Source of the DNA: an uncultured Solirubrobacterales bacterium
Lineage (GTDB): Bacteria > Actinomycetota > Thermoleophilia > Solirubrobacterales > 70-9
Reading direction: 5' to 3'
Length of the DNA: 64,000 nucleotides
NCBI GenBank assembly: GCA_963835315.1
Contig: CAWIFA010000028.1
Location: 5,197 to 69,196, forward strand
Positions within the stretch are counted from its first letter, which is position 1. Each line of letters begins with the position of its first letter. The position numbers were made by a program, and so were the translations under genes. This document shows, piece after piece, positions 17,644 through 26,218 of this stretch. The notes under the pieces are model-generated. The model did not search any database and was not told the DNA's origin. It saw nothing but the letters and a program-made list of their open reading frames with translations.

Positions 17644-18792
17644 ATGCCGGTGAAATTCGGACTCTGGCGGGTTGACGGCGAGTCGGTCGAGCAGGTCCCG
17701 ACGAGCGGCATCGCCAGCGAGGAGCGCTTGGAGGGCATCCTTGAGGCGCGCATCGACATCCTCGGCTTGGGCAACCTGTTCCAGATCGGTCGGCAGGTCG
17801 TCACCGACTTTGGCAAACGCATCGACTTGCTGGCCATCGACGGGCAAGGCGACCTCCACGTCATCGAGTTGAAGAAGGACCGAACGCCGCGGGAGGTGGT
17901 GGCGCAGACGCTGGAGTACGGCTTCTGGGTCCAGAGCCTGTCCTTCGAGGCCATCCGCGCGCTCTACGCGAAGCATCACGACGGGGAGGACTTCGACTCC
18001 GCGTTCACCAACCACTTCGAGGGGGAAATACCCGAGGCGGTCAACACGAGCCATCATCTCGTCGTCGTCGCGACCGGGATGGATACCAGCACCGAGCAGA
18101 TCGTCGAGTACGTGCGCGGCTACGGCGTGCCGATCAACGTCCTCTTCTTCCAGTACCTCGACGATGGCGGGCGTGAGTACCTGGCGCGCTCATGGCTCAC
18201 CGATCCCGAGTTTGAGGCGCCGAGCAAGAGCGGCGGCAAGAAGCAGGCGCCGTGGAACGAAATTGACTTCTTCGTCGCCGTCGGCGAGAACGACGAGCGG
18301 AATTGGGACGACATGGTCCGCTACGGATTCGTCTCAGCGGGGCACGGGGATAAATACCGCAGAGCGATGGAAAGCCTCTTCGAGGACGCGCGCGTCTGGG
18401 CCGCGATTCCAAGCAGCCGTGCCACGGGCGGGGCTCATGGCTATGTTGGAGTGGGTCGAGTGACGGCGCAGGCGGTCGGCGTGAACGACTTCGACGTTGA
18501 GGTCGAGGGGGCGACCATGAACATCCTTCAGGCCCCGTTGGAGGCCACCAACATGGGCTGGGACGCCGACGACCCCGAGCTGTGCGAGTACCTGGTCGGG
18601 GTCGAGTGGATCGACACTCGACCCCGGGAGAAGGCCGTGTGGGAGAAGGGCATGTTCGCCAACCAGAACGTCGTGGCCAAGCTGAGGCAGCCGTTCACCT
18701 TGCAGCGGCTCAACGAAGTCTTCGATCTCGACGAAGAGGACAAATCGAGTCCGGAGGCGCCACCTGGGGAGAGCGACGGGTTGGTTACGTAG
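17644..18792 (+). CDS. PD-(D/E)xK nuclease (NucS/DUF91-like) fused to an uncharacterised C-terminal domain
   Basis: The N-terminal half has GKRIDLLAIDGQGDLHVIELKKDRTPREVVAQTLEYGFW (D...D...ExK...Q..Y). The C-terminal half has NWDDMVRYGFVSAGHG...GYVGVGRV...MFANQNVVAKL, which looks PUA/EVE-like by pattern only. Confidence 0.6.
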   Translation: MPVKFGLWRVDGESVEQVPTSGIASEERLEGILEARIDILGLGNLFQIGRQVVTDFGKRIDLLAIDGQGDLHVIELKKDRTPREVVAQTLEYGFWVQSLSFEAIRALYAKHHDGEDFDSAFTNHFEGEIPEAVNTSHHLVVVATGMDTSTEQIVEYVRGYGVPINVLFFQYLDDGGREYLARSWLTDPEFEAPSKSGGKKQAPWNEIDFFVAVGENDERNWDDMVRYGFVSAGHGDKYRRAMESLFEDARVWAAIPSSRATGGAHGYVGVGRVTAQAVGVNDFDVEVEGATMNILQAPLEATNMGWDADDPELCEYLVGVEWIDTRPREKAVWEKGMFANQNVVAKLRQPFTLQRLNEVFDLDEEDKSSPEAPPGESDGLVT

Positions 18793-18812
18793 TCTCGTCG
18801 ACGAAAGTTGAT

Positions 18813-19106
18813 CTACCGACGCGCGCTGCGGCCATAGCTGTTGTCGGCGACCCAGGCAGAGAGGTCCGTCCGAGTGAAGCGAAGTCCCCGCCCGACCTTC
18901 ACGTGCGGCAGCCCCCGCGAGCGCACCAGCTCATAGAGCGTGCTGCGCGGCACGTGAAGCAGCTCGGCCGCCTGACTCGCGTCAAGTAGCGGCTCGCGCA
19001 GAAGGTCGGCCGACGCACTCTCTCTCGGCTCCATACGCCCATCGCGCTGGCGGGCAGGGCCTGCCGATTGCCGGTGCTTCTCGCGCTGTCGCGGTCGATG
19101 CTCCAT
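18813..19106 (-). CDS. xis: excisionase-family HTH DNA-binding protein
   Basis: LLDASQAAELLHVPRSTLYELVRSRGLPHVKVGRGLRFTRTDLSAWV. The true start may be the internal MEPRES. Confidence 0.65.
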   Translation of the reverse strand: MEHRPRQREKHRQSAGPARQRDGRMEPRESASADLLREPLLDASQAAELLHVPRSTLYELVRSRGLPHVKVGRGLRFTRTDLSAWVADNSYGRSARR

Positions 19107-19135
19107 CCACCCCTACTGTCCAACGGGAGCGCTTC

Positions 19136-19960
19136 TTGCATCGCCCCGATGCGGAATCAGCCCCAGGCAGAAGCCAGCCAGCGATCCATCCAGGCCAACC
19201 AGTCCCATCCAGTCAGCCCATCGAATCCATCCAGCCCACCAGACACCAAAGGCCAGCCCAGGAGTTCAGCACCGTCCAGAGGCCTACGAGCCAGCCCCCA
19301 CAGCCAAAGGCCCAGCTGGAGGCATTGCCCACCGCAGAGCTCAGCGCAAGGCGCGAGGAGCTGAAGTCGGCGGCGAGGCGCGAGGCGTCCTTCGCCGAGC
19401 GCCGGCGCGCCCTCGCCGAGCGAATCGAGGACACTCACGCGATCATGCGCCGCCTCGCCGGTGAACGGGAGGCCGCCGAGGTGCTGCCGCGCCGCAAGCA
19501 AGACAAGGGCGTGCTGGCGCGGATCGAGGCCTCGGAGGGGATGGGCCGCGAAGCCCTCGCCCGCTACGGCGAGGAGATGCGCGAGCTCTCGATTGGCGAC
19601 GCCGCCCAGAGGGAGCTGATCGCCGCCGATCGCATCCTCGCCTCACGCCGACAGCTCGCGATCACCGCCGCCCGCATCGCCCCACCGACCTACATCACCG
19701 CCGAGCTGGGGGAGAGGCCGGCTGACCCGGCCAAGCGCAGGGAGTGGGAGCGCGGTATCGGGATCATCGAGCGCTACCGTCAGGAGAACGGGATCAGCGA
19801 CCGCAGTCGCGCCTTCGGCGCCGAGCCGGAGCGCAGCCTCGAGCGCAGCCGGCGCGAGGCCGAGCTGCGCCGTCTGCGCGAGGTGCAGCGCCGGCTCGGC
19901 CGCGAGCAGCGCCGGGTGCGCACGAGGGAGCTACGGCGAGGGCTTGGGATCGTGAGGTGA
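19136..19960 (+). pseudogene. C-terminal remnant of a MobF/TraA-type relaxase
   Basis: From ...LPTAELSARREEL onward it aligns by eye with the C-terminus of the island-2 relaxase (52205..52864). Compare RIAPPTYITAELGERPADPAKRREWERGIGIIERYRQENGI with RLAPPAYVRNELGERPRDPAKQKTWDRGVAQIERYRHEHGV. No relaxase or helicase domains precede it. Confidence 0.6.
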
Positions 19961-20185
19961 GCAACGCTCGATGCTTTGACTGGCCGGAGGTTGGTCATGG
20001 CGGCCGAAGGCGAACCGTTTCGCAACGGCGGGAAGTCATCGTCGCCGGTGCGCAACTGCCCTCTCGAGCCAGAATGCGGGTACCGCCCGCCCGGACACCT
20101 CCTTCTCGTCCGAAGCGAGAGCGTCAGCGGCGTCCGGCGACGCGCTCGCAAATCGCGCGAAGCGGAACCCGGCGTCGAACCCGGA

Positions 20186-20605
20186 CTAGGACACGTAGGC
20201 CTCGCGCACCATGGCCGCCGTCCATCGTTTCGTTCCGTGAAACGCGGGGGTCTTCTTGCGGTTCAGCGTGTCGGCGATGTCTTCCAGTGATTCGCCTGCA
20301 AGAAGCAGTGCCCCGATCTGCTTCCGCCGCGTGTGGTCACGCTGATTGCACTCGATATGGGACAGCCGAACGTTGTCGGCACGTAGCTTTCCACCGGCCG
20401 AACTGAGGATCGGGTAGTGGTCGCGCGAGGGCGCCCACAACCTGCGCTCCGTCGCGAGCGATTCGAACTTGTCGCGTCCGTTGGGGTGATAGCACTGCGG
20501 CATCTCGCACTTCAGCTCAAGAATCTGCCCACGTTCGGCCATCTGCACGAGGATGCCCTTCACGCCGAATCCGCGGAGTCGGTCCGCGACCGATTCATCT
20601 GCCAT
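20186..20605 (-). CDS. HNH-motif endonuclease-like protein with C-terminal HTH
   Basis: Start at MADESV (ATG at 20603-20605). HNH-like block DHYPILSSAGGKLRADNVRLSHIECNQRDH. The tail ESLEDIADTLNRKKTP resembles a resolvase-type HTH. Confidence 0.5.
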   Translation of the reverse strand: MADESVADRLRGFGVKGILVQMAERGQILELKCEMPQCYHPNGRDKFESLATERRLWAPSRDHYPILSSAGGKLRADNVRLSHIECNQRDHTRRKQIGALLLAGESLEDIADTLNRKKTPAFHGTKRWTAAMVREAYVS

Positions 20606-20864
20606 GCGGCGATCCTGACACAACTGCTCTTGCGTTGTTGCGAGCGTGACCGGATGTCGCACGCGCTCCCGATTTGGACGATTTGCAAGCGCATCGACTC
20701 CGGGCCGTAGACGCCCGAGCACGCGCGGAGCAGAAGGCGATGCGAGCGGAGTCGAGGCGAACCCAGCGAACAACACCGCCAGCGGGACCAAAGCCGCGAC
20801 TCCTTGTTCAGGCGGGGGCCACCGTCAATACCGGGGCGTGACGACGCCGAAGCGCGGTCCTGGC

Positions 20865-22448
20865 TTACGGCTCGCGCTTCGAGTGACCCTTCCTCGCTGC
20901 GTGGTGCCCGTGCAGGACGAGCAGCTTGCGGTGGGCGTGGGCGGTCTTCGAGTCGGCCTGGGTATCCCAGACGACGAGCTGGACCTTCAGCTTGGCCTTG
21001 TGGGCGAGGATGCGCTTGCCGAGCTTGGTGAGCTTGAGCACCAGGAGGCGCTGCTTGGCGCGGACCTTGAGCTTGACGCGGGCGATCACCTTGTGGCCCT
21101 TGAGGGCGACGGCGCGGACCCGCCCGCAGTAGCCAGCGCAGAGGAGCTTGCCAACCCGCAGCTTGGCGCCGCGCAGGCGAACCTTCCTGGCGAGGCGGAA
21201 GCGGACCTTCGATCGCGGCACCGTCGTCGTCTGCGGCGGAATGGCCGTCGGAGTGGTCGCGGCGGGGGCCGGAGCGGCGGCGCCGCAGTTGGCGTCGCCG
21301 GTGGCGGTGCCCGGGCCGGAGCTGCCGGCGTCGGGGAGAATGGTCAGGCAGAGGGCGTCGACCGCGCCGCCGTCGACCGGCTGGTTGAGGCCGATCGCGA
21401 CCTTACTGGAGGCGTCGCTGTAGGGGTTGCCGTACTCTACGGCGTACTGGGCAATCACCGCCGCGTACTGCTCGTAGGTGGGGAATGGAGATGGGCCGGG
21501 GCGGGCCGCGGCATATGCCGGCTGGTTGAACCGGTCAGGGCACCAGCTGCCAACCCGGTCAGGCCTGGTGGCAGGGTTGGTGCAGAAGTCGATCGCGTCG
21601 TTGCCGTACCTGCCACCCCAGAAGCCGGCGCTGAAGGCGGCGAGGACGTCGTGGCGGATCGCTCCTTCGGCAGTGTTCGGCGTGCCTTTCTCGGTGTAGA
21701 TTTCTTTGATCAGTTCCGGGCCGTTGAAGGAGATTTCCGCCGGCGCCATGCTCGCTGGGTCCGTCGACCCGTGGAGGGTGATCGAGCCGTCGGCTTCGAA
21801 GGTGCCGGTGTATTCGCTGGTCCCGAAAGGCGTGAAGAAGAGCCCGGTGTGGAGGGTGATTTCCTTCCCGGCCATCGATTTGACGTATTCGCTGAGGTCG
21901 GGGTAGCCGACGCTGTTCAGCGGTGAGAGGACGCGGACGATTTCGCCGCTGCCGTTCCTGATCGTCGCTTCCGGGCCGCCGGGGATCCCCTGCAGCGCGT
22001 TGAAGATCGCGTCCGAGTTGGAGGCGCCCACCGTTTCCAGCAGCCCGCCGGCGGCGTTGAAGGTTTCCAGCCGCATCCCGATCGCGAACTGGTCGACCGC
22101 GGTCAGGTTGGCGACGTCGGTGGACAACGGGGTCACGGTCAGCTCGGCCCAGTCGAAGCGGGTCTGGGAGCTGAAGCTTTCGTTTCCGATGACCGGGGCG
22201 CCGTAGGAGATGTAGACGCGCCCGGAGTGGAGCGTGTTGATCGTCAGTGGTTGCGGCACTTCGCTTAGCTTCTTCGGCACGTTGTCCGCCATCCCCGGCA
22301 CGTTGAAATTGGTGCCGGTGATCGTTACGTAGACGTCTTCGGCCGAGTGGCCGCTTTCGTTGTTGATCTTGAAGGTGAGCGCCGAGGCCGCCGAGGGGGC
22401 GGCGAGGGCGAGAACCAGGGTCAGGAGGAACGCAAGTCGCAGTCTCAT
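20865..22448 (-). CDS. secreted GH64-like beta-1,3-glucanase-fold protein with polybasic C-terminal tail
   Basis: Signal peptide MRLRLAFLLTLVLALAAPSAASA. GH64/thaumatin-like blocks SGRVYISYG, RFDWAELT and NLTAVDQFAIGM. The last ~110 aa are Lys/Arg-rich. Confidence 0.55.
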   Translation of the reverse strand: MRLRLAFLLTLVLALAAPSAASALTFKINNESGHSAEDVYVTITGTNFNVPGMADNVPKKLSEVPQPLTINTLHSGRVYISYGAPVIGNESFSSQTRFDWAELTVTPLSTDVANLTAVDQFAIGMRLETFNAAGGLLETVGASNSDAIFNALQGIPGGPEATIRNGSGEIVRVLSPLNSVGYPDLSEYVKSMAGKEITLHTGLFFTPFGTSEYTGTFEADGSITLHGSTDPASMAPAEISFNGPELIKEIYTEKGTPNTAEGAIRHDVLAAFSAGFWGGRYGNDAIDFCTNPATRPDRVGSWCPDRFNQPAYAAARPGPSPFPTYEQYAAVIAQYAVEYGNPYSDASSKVAIGLNQPVDGGAVDALCLTILPDAGSSGPGTATGDANCGAAAPAPAATTPTAIPPQTTTVPRSKVRFRLARKVRLRGAKLRVGKLLCAGYCGRVRAVALKGHKVIARVKLKVRAKQRLLVLKLTKLGKRILAHKAKLKVQLVVWDTQADSKTAHAHRKLLVLHGHHAARKGHSKREP

Positions 22449-22678
22449 GAACCCCAGTGATCGGCATTCGCCGCCCGGCCTTTAGTCCTGGGGAAACGGC
22501 CTCCAGCTCAGCCCCAATCGGCGGCCTCGGAATCGCTTCGCAGCCGTGTTCAATGTGCGGTCCGTATCGCCTCTCGCCAAAAGCAGGCACGTCCTCGTCC
22601 CGGGGCGAGGCGCCTGCTTGGGACGAGAACGAGGCGCGTGCGTGAACGCCGGATTGAGCAGATACCCGCCTTGGAGTT

Positions 22679-22700
22679 GGGGACACATTTGGGACATATT
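22679..22700. repeat. GGGGACACATTT / GGGACATATT tandem motif (second arm-site cluster of island 1)
   Basis: Same motif and orientation as 15499..15522, located 45 bp inside the right-hand core repeat. Confidence 0.5.
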
Positions 22701-22744
22701 CGCCCCAAGAGAAGGCCGGTAGGGCGCTGATTCCGCTCTGCTCT

Positions 22745-22790
22745 GCCATGCCGGAGGAGGGACTCGAACCCCCGACACGCGGATTATGAT
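22745..22790. repeat. att repeat (element-borne 3' half now completing tRNA-Met)
   Basis: Identical to 15369..15414. Confidence 0.9.
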
Positions 22791-22822
22791 TCCGCTGCTC
22801 TAACCAGCTGAGCTACTCCGGC
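22749..22822 (-). tRNA. tRNA-Met (anticodon CAU; elongator-type, although tRNA-Ile2/lysidine cannot be excluded)
   Basis: The reverse complement GCCGGAGTAGCTCAGCTGGTTAGAGCAGCGGAATCATAATCCGCGTGTCGGGGGTTCGAGTCCCTCCTCCGGCA folds as a cloverleaf. It has a 7-bp acceptor stem, D arm GCTC/GAGC, anticodon stem GCGGA/TCCGC and T arm GGGGG/CCCTC with a TTCGAGT loop. G1-C72 argues against an initiator. CCA is not encoded. Confidence 0.9.
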
Positions 22823-22855
22823 GGGGTCGGGGATTATCTCAATACGCTTCGGTGG

Positions 22856-23924
22856 ATGGCTGGAGGCGGAAGATCGGGCTTGAGGCCGTTGGAGCCGGCG
22901 GGGTCGGTCGCCGAACGGCTGCGCATCCAGGCGGTCTACTGCGAGCGGATCGGGTCGCCGCTCTACGCCGGGCTGCTCGGACGGGCGGCTGGGGACTTCG
23001 AGGCCGGCGGGCCGGTCGCCGGTGTGCTCGGCGGTCACGAGGACGACCCCGCCGATTCGATGCTCGCACTGCGGCTGATAGGCGCGGTCAATCGGCTCGT
23101 CCTGCGGGGCGTGGAGCCGGCGCTCGGTGAGCTCTACGCGGCCCGGAAGCGCGATCCCGAAGCCGAGTGGGCGGAGTTCCGCGCCGTCGTGGAGCGCAAC
23201 GCGGCGAAGCTGCGCGAGCTGGTCGAGCTCCCCGTCCAGACCAACGAGGTCGGTCGCTGCGCGGCGCTGCTGCCGGGCCTCCTCGCCGTCGCCGCCGCGA
23301 CCGGCCTGCCGCTGCGGCTGCTCGAGGTCGGGGCGAGCGCCGGGCTCAACCTGCGCTGGGACTCCTACCGCTACAGAGCCGGGGACTTCGCCTGGGGACC
23401 CGCCGACTCGCCGGTGAGGCTCGACTTCGAGCTCACGGGGGAGCTCCACCCGGACCCGCCCGCCGCGGGTCGAGGTCGCCGAGCGCCGCGGTTGCGACGC
23501 CGCGCCGGTCGGCCCCGCCACCCCGGAGGGGCGCGAGACCCTGCTCGCCTACGTCTGGCCGGACCAGCGGGCGCGGCTCGAACGGCTGCGCGCGGCACTC
23601 GAGCTGGCGGCGACCCTGCCCGTCGCGGTCGACCGCGAGAGCGCCCCGGCCTGGATCGAGCGGCAGCTCGCCGAGCCGGCCGCGGGGCGCGCGACGGTCG
23701 TCTTCCACTCGATCGTCTTCCAGTACCTCAGCGAGGCTGAACGGGAGGATTTCGAGCTCCACGTGCGCAACGCCGCCGCGCGGGCGACTGCCGAGGCTCC
23801 GCTCGCCTGGCTGCGCATGGAGCCCGCCGACGAGCTGGCGGAGGTTCGGCTGGCGGTCTGGCCCGGCGGCGAGGAGCGCCGCCTCTGTCGGGCCGGCTAT
23901 CACGGCAGCCCGGTCGTCCTCTGA
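22856..23924 (+). CDS. DUF2332-like protein (one frameshift near 23460)
   Basis: Blocks IGSPLYAGLL, VQTNEVGRCAALLPGL and LLEVGASAGLNLRWD. The C-terminal part (LLAYVWPDQRARLERL...VVFHSIVFQYL) continues in another frame to the TGA at 23922. Confidence 0.55.
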
Positions 23925-23961
23925 GCCATGCGGCCCCGGCGGCGGTTAGCCTGTCGATCAC

Positions 23962-24918
23962 GTGATCGGTAGCGAGCTCGACAGAGCGGTCAATTCGCTG
24001 ATCCGGGATTGCCTGGATCTGAGCCCGGGCGAGGAGCTGCTGGTGATCTGCAATCCGAGCACCGAAGAGCTCGGGGCGCTGCTGCGGATCCACGCGCAGG
24101 GCGAGGGCGGCGAAGCGACGCTGGCGGTGATCTCCGAGCGCGATTCGCATGCCGCCGAGCCACCGCGCGCGGTCGCCGCCGCGATGCTCGCCGCCGACAT
24201 CATCGCCGCGCCGACGATCCAGTCGATCTCACACACCGAAGCGCGCCGCGCCGCCAGCGAAGCGGGTGCCCGGGTCGCCTCGATGCCGGGCGTGACCGGC
24301 GAGATGCTGGCCCGCGTGATGTCCGCGGACCTGCGCCTGCTGCGCGAGCGGGGCGCCGTGCTGAGCCGCGCGCTCGGCGCCGGATCGGAGGCGCGGATCA
24401 CCTGCGCGAACGGCTCCGACCTGCGGCTGCGGCTGGACGAGCGGAGCGCGATCATCGACGCCGGCGCGCTCAGCATGCGCGGCGCCTTCGGCAACATCCC
24501 CTGCGGCGAGGCGTTCATCGCGCCCCTCGAGGGGCGCGGCGAGGGCAAGCTGGTCGTCGACGGGTCGATCGCCGCGATCGGCAAGGTCGCCGAGCCGGTC
24601 GAGCTGACGGTGCGCGAAGGGCATCTGGTCGAGGCGAGCGGGCCGCAGGGGGAGCGGCTGCTGGCGCTGCTCAGCGAACACGGCTCCGACGGCACCAGCA
24701 TCGCCGAGCTCGGCATCGGCACCAACGAAGCGGCCGAGCTCAGCGGCAACATCCTCGAGGACGAGAAGATCCTCGGCAGCGCGCACGTCGCCTTCGGCGC
24801 TTCGGCGGCGATCGGCGGCACGGTGCAGGTGCCGGTCCACCTCGACTGCGTGGTGATGCACCCGACGGTCGAAGTCGACGACACGCCGATCGTCGAAGCC
24901 GGCGAGCTGGTCGCCTGA
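23962..24918 (+). CDS. M29-family aminopeptidase-like protein
   Basis: Blocks GNIPCGEAFIAP, ELGIGTN, LEDEKILGSAHVAFG and VHLDCV. Confidence 0.6.
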   Translation: MIGSELDRAVNSLIRDCLDLSPGEELLVICNPSTEELGALLRIHAQGEGGEATLAVISERDSHAAEPPRAVAAAMLAADIIAAPTIQSISHTEARRAASEAGARVASMPGVTGEMLARVMSADLRLLRERGAVLSRALGAGSEARITCANGSDLRLRLDERSAIIDAGALSMRGAFGNIPCGEAFIAPLEGRGEGKLVVDGSIAAIGKVAEPVELTVREGHLVEASGPQGERLLALLSEHGSDGTSIAELGIGTNEAAELSGNILEDEKILGSAHVAFGASAAIGGTVQVPVHLDCVVMHPTVEVDDTPIVEAGELVA

Positions 24919-24920
24919 AG

Positions 24921-25812
24921 TTGGCGCCGGCGCTGCTCGCCGTACCCAACGTCTCCGAGGGCCGCGACGCGGCGCGGGTCGAGGCTCTGACCGCAGGCCT
25001 TCGCCGCGGGCGTCGAGTTGCTCGACCGCCACAGCGACCCTGACCACAACCGCACCGTCTTCACCCTCGCCGGCGACGCCGCGGGGCTCACCCGGGCGCT
25101 CGCCCGCGGCGCCGCGGCGGCGATCGAGGCGATCGACATGGAGGCGCACGAGGGCGTCCACCCGGCGATCGGCGCGCTCGACGTCTGCCCGCTCGTCTGG
25201 CCTTCGCCCGCCGAGCGCGACCTGGCCCGCGAGACGGCGCCGGCCGTTGCCGAAGCGATCGGCGAGCTCGGCGTCCCGGTCTTCCTCTATGGCGAGCTCG
25301 CGACCCGCCCCGACCACGTCGAGCGCGCCTACTTTCGCAATGGCGGGCTCTCCGAGCTCTGGCTGCGCATGGAGTCGGGCGAGCTGCGGCCCGACTATGG
25401 GCCCGAGCTGCCGCACCGGAGCGGCGGGGCGACCCTGGTCACCGCTCGCGCCCCGCTCGGCGCCTTCAACGTCGAGCTCGACAGCGCCGACCTCGACCTG
25501 GCGCGGGCGGTCGCGGCCGGGCTGCGCGAGTCCGGCGGCGGCCTGCCCGGCGTGCGGGCGATCGGGTTGCCGCTCTCGAGCGGCCGCACCCAGGTCTCGA
25601 CCAACGTCCACGATCCGCTCGCGGTGCCGCTCGGCGCCGTCGTCGAGCGGGTGCGGGGGCTCGCGGCGCCGCTCGGCGCCCGCCCGGTCGAGGCCGAGCT
25701 GATCGGCCTGATTCCCGCCGCCGCGCTTGCCGGCTACCCGCGCGACGTGCCGATCCGCGGCTTCGACGCCGGCCGCCAGACGATCGAGGCGCGCCTCGCG
25801 GCGCTCTCCTGA
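24921..25812 (+). CDS. glutamate formimidoyltransferase-like protein (frameshift near 24995)
   Basis: LLAVPNVSEGRD is in one frame. DRHSDPDHNRTVFTLAG...HEGVHPAIGALDVCP is in the frame of ORF 25018..25812. The TTG start is a guess. Confidence 0.55.
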
Positions 25813-25851
25813 AGCGCCCGCATGACCGGGCCGATCGTCTAGATTCCTCGC

Positions 25852-26217
25852 ATGGCCCAGACGAGGAAGAAGCGCCGGCGCAAGCACCGCGGCACCCAGG
25901 GCGGACGGGTGGACAGCGGCGCCCGCAGCGGTCGCCCGCGCAGCCGCGAGGAGGCCAAGGCGCGCGCCCGCGCCGGCCGCTCGAGCGGCGTCAAGGTCGA
26001 CGCTCCGCCCACCTGGCAGAGCTCGATCACCCGCGGTGTCGTCGCCGCCGTGATCTTCACCGCCCTGCTGATGCTGCTGTTCAAACGCCCGCCGGGCACC
26101 GCCTTCGGCCTCGGCGCCTTCATGCTCGTCTTCTACATCCCCGCCGGCTACTACATCGACACGATGCTCTGGCGGCGCCGCGAGCGGGCCCGCATCCGCG
26201 CGCGGGAGAAGGGATGA
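25852..26217 (+). CDS. small membrane protein with highly basic N-terminus
   Basis: MAQTRKKRRRKHRGTQGG..., followed by two TM segments. No family recognised. Confidence 0.45.
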   Translation: MAQTRKKRRRKHRGTQGGRVDSGARSGRPRSREEAKARARAGRSSGVKVDAPPTWQSSITRGVVAAVIFTALLMLLFKRPPGTAFGLGAFMLVFYIPAGYYIDTMLWRRRERARIRAREKG

Positions 26218-26218
26218 G

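Larger units (their letters stand above)
15369..22790. mobile_element. integrated element (IME/AICE-like) in the 3' end of tRNA-Met; about 7.4 kb
   Basis: A 46-bp direct repeat of the tRNA 3' half marks both ends. The element holds an intact tyrosine integrase, an excisionase-type HTH, a relaxase remnant and toxin-antitoxin and nuclease cargo. Matching tandem 12-mers sit just inside both ends. Confidence 0.8.

Noticed and set aside
22482-22778. ORF starting MSGVRVPPPAW (the same peptide also starts ORF 15052..15402)
   Set aside because: The shared peptide is simply a translation of the duplicated tRNA-Met 3' half and does not come from a gene.
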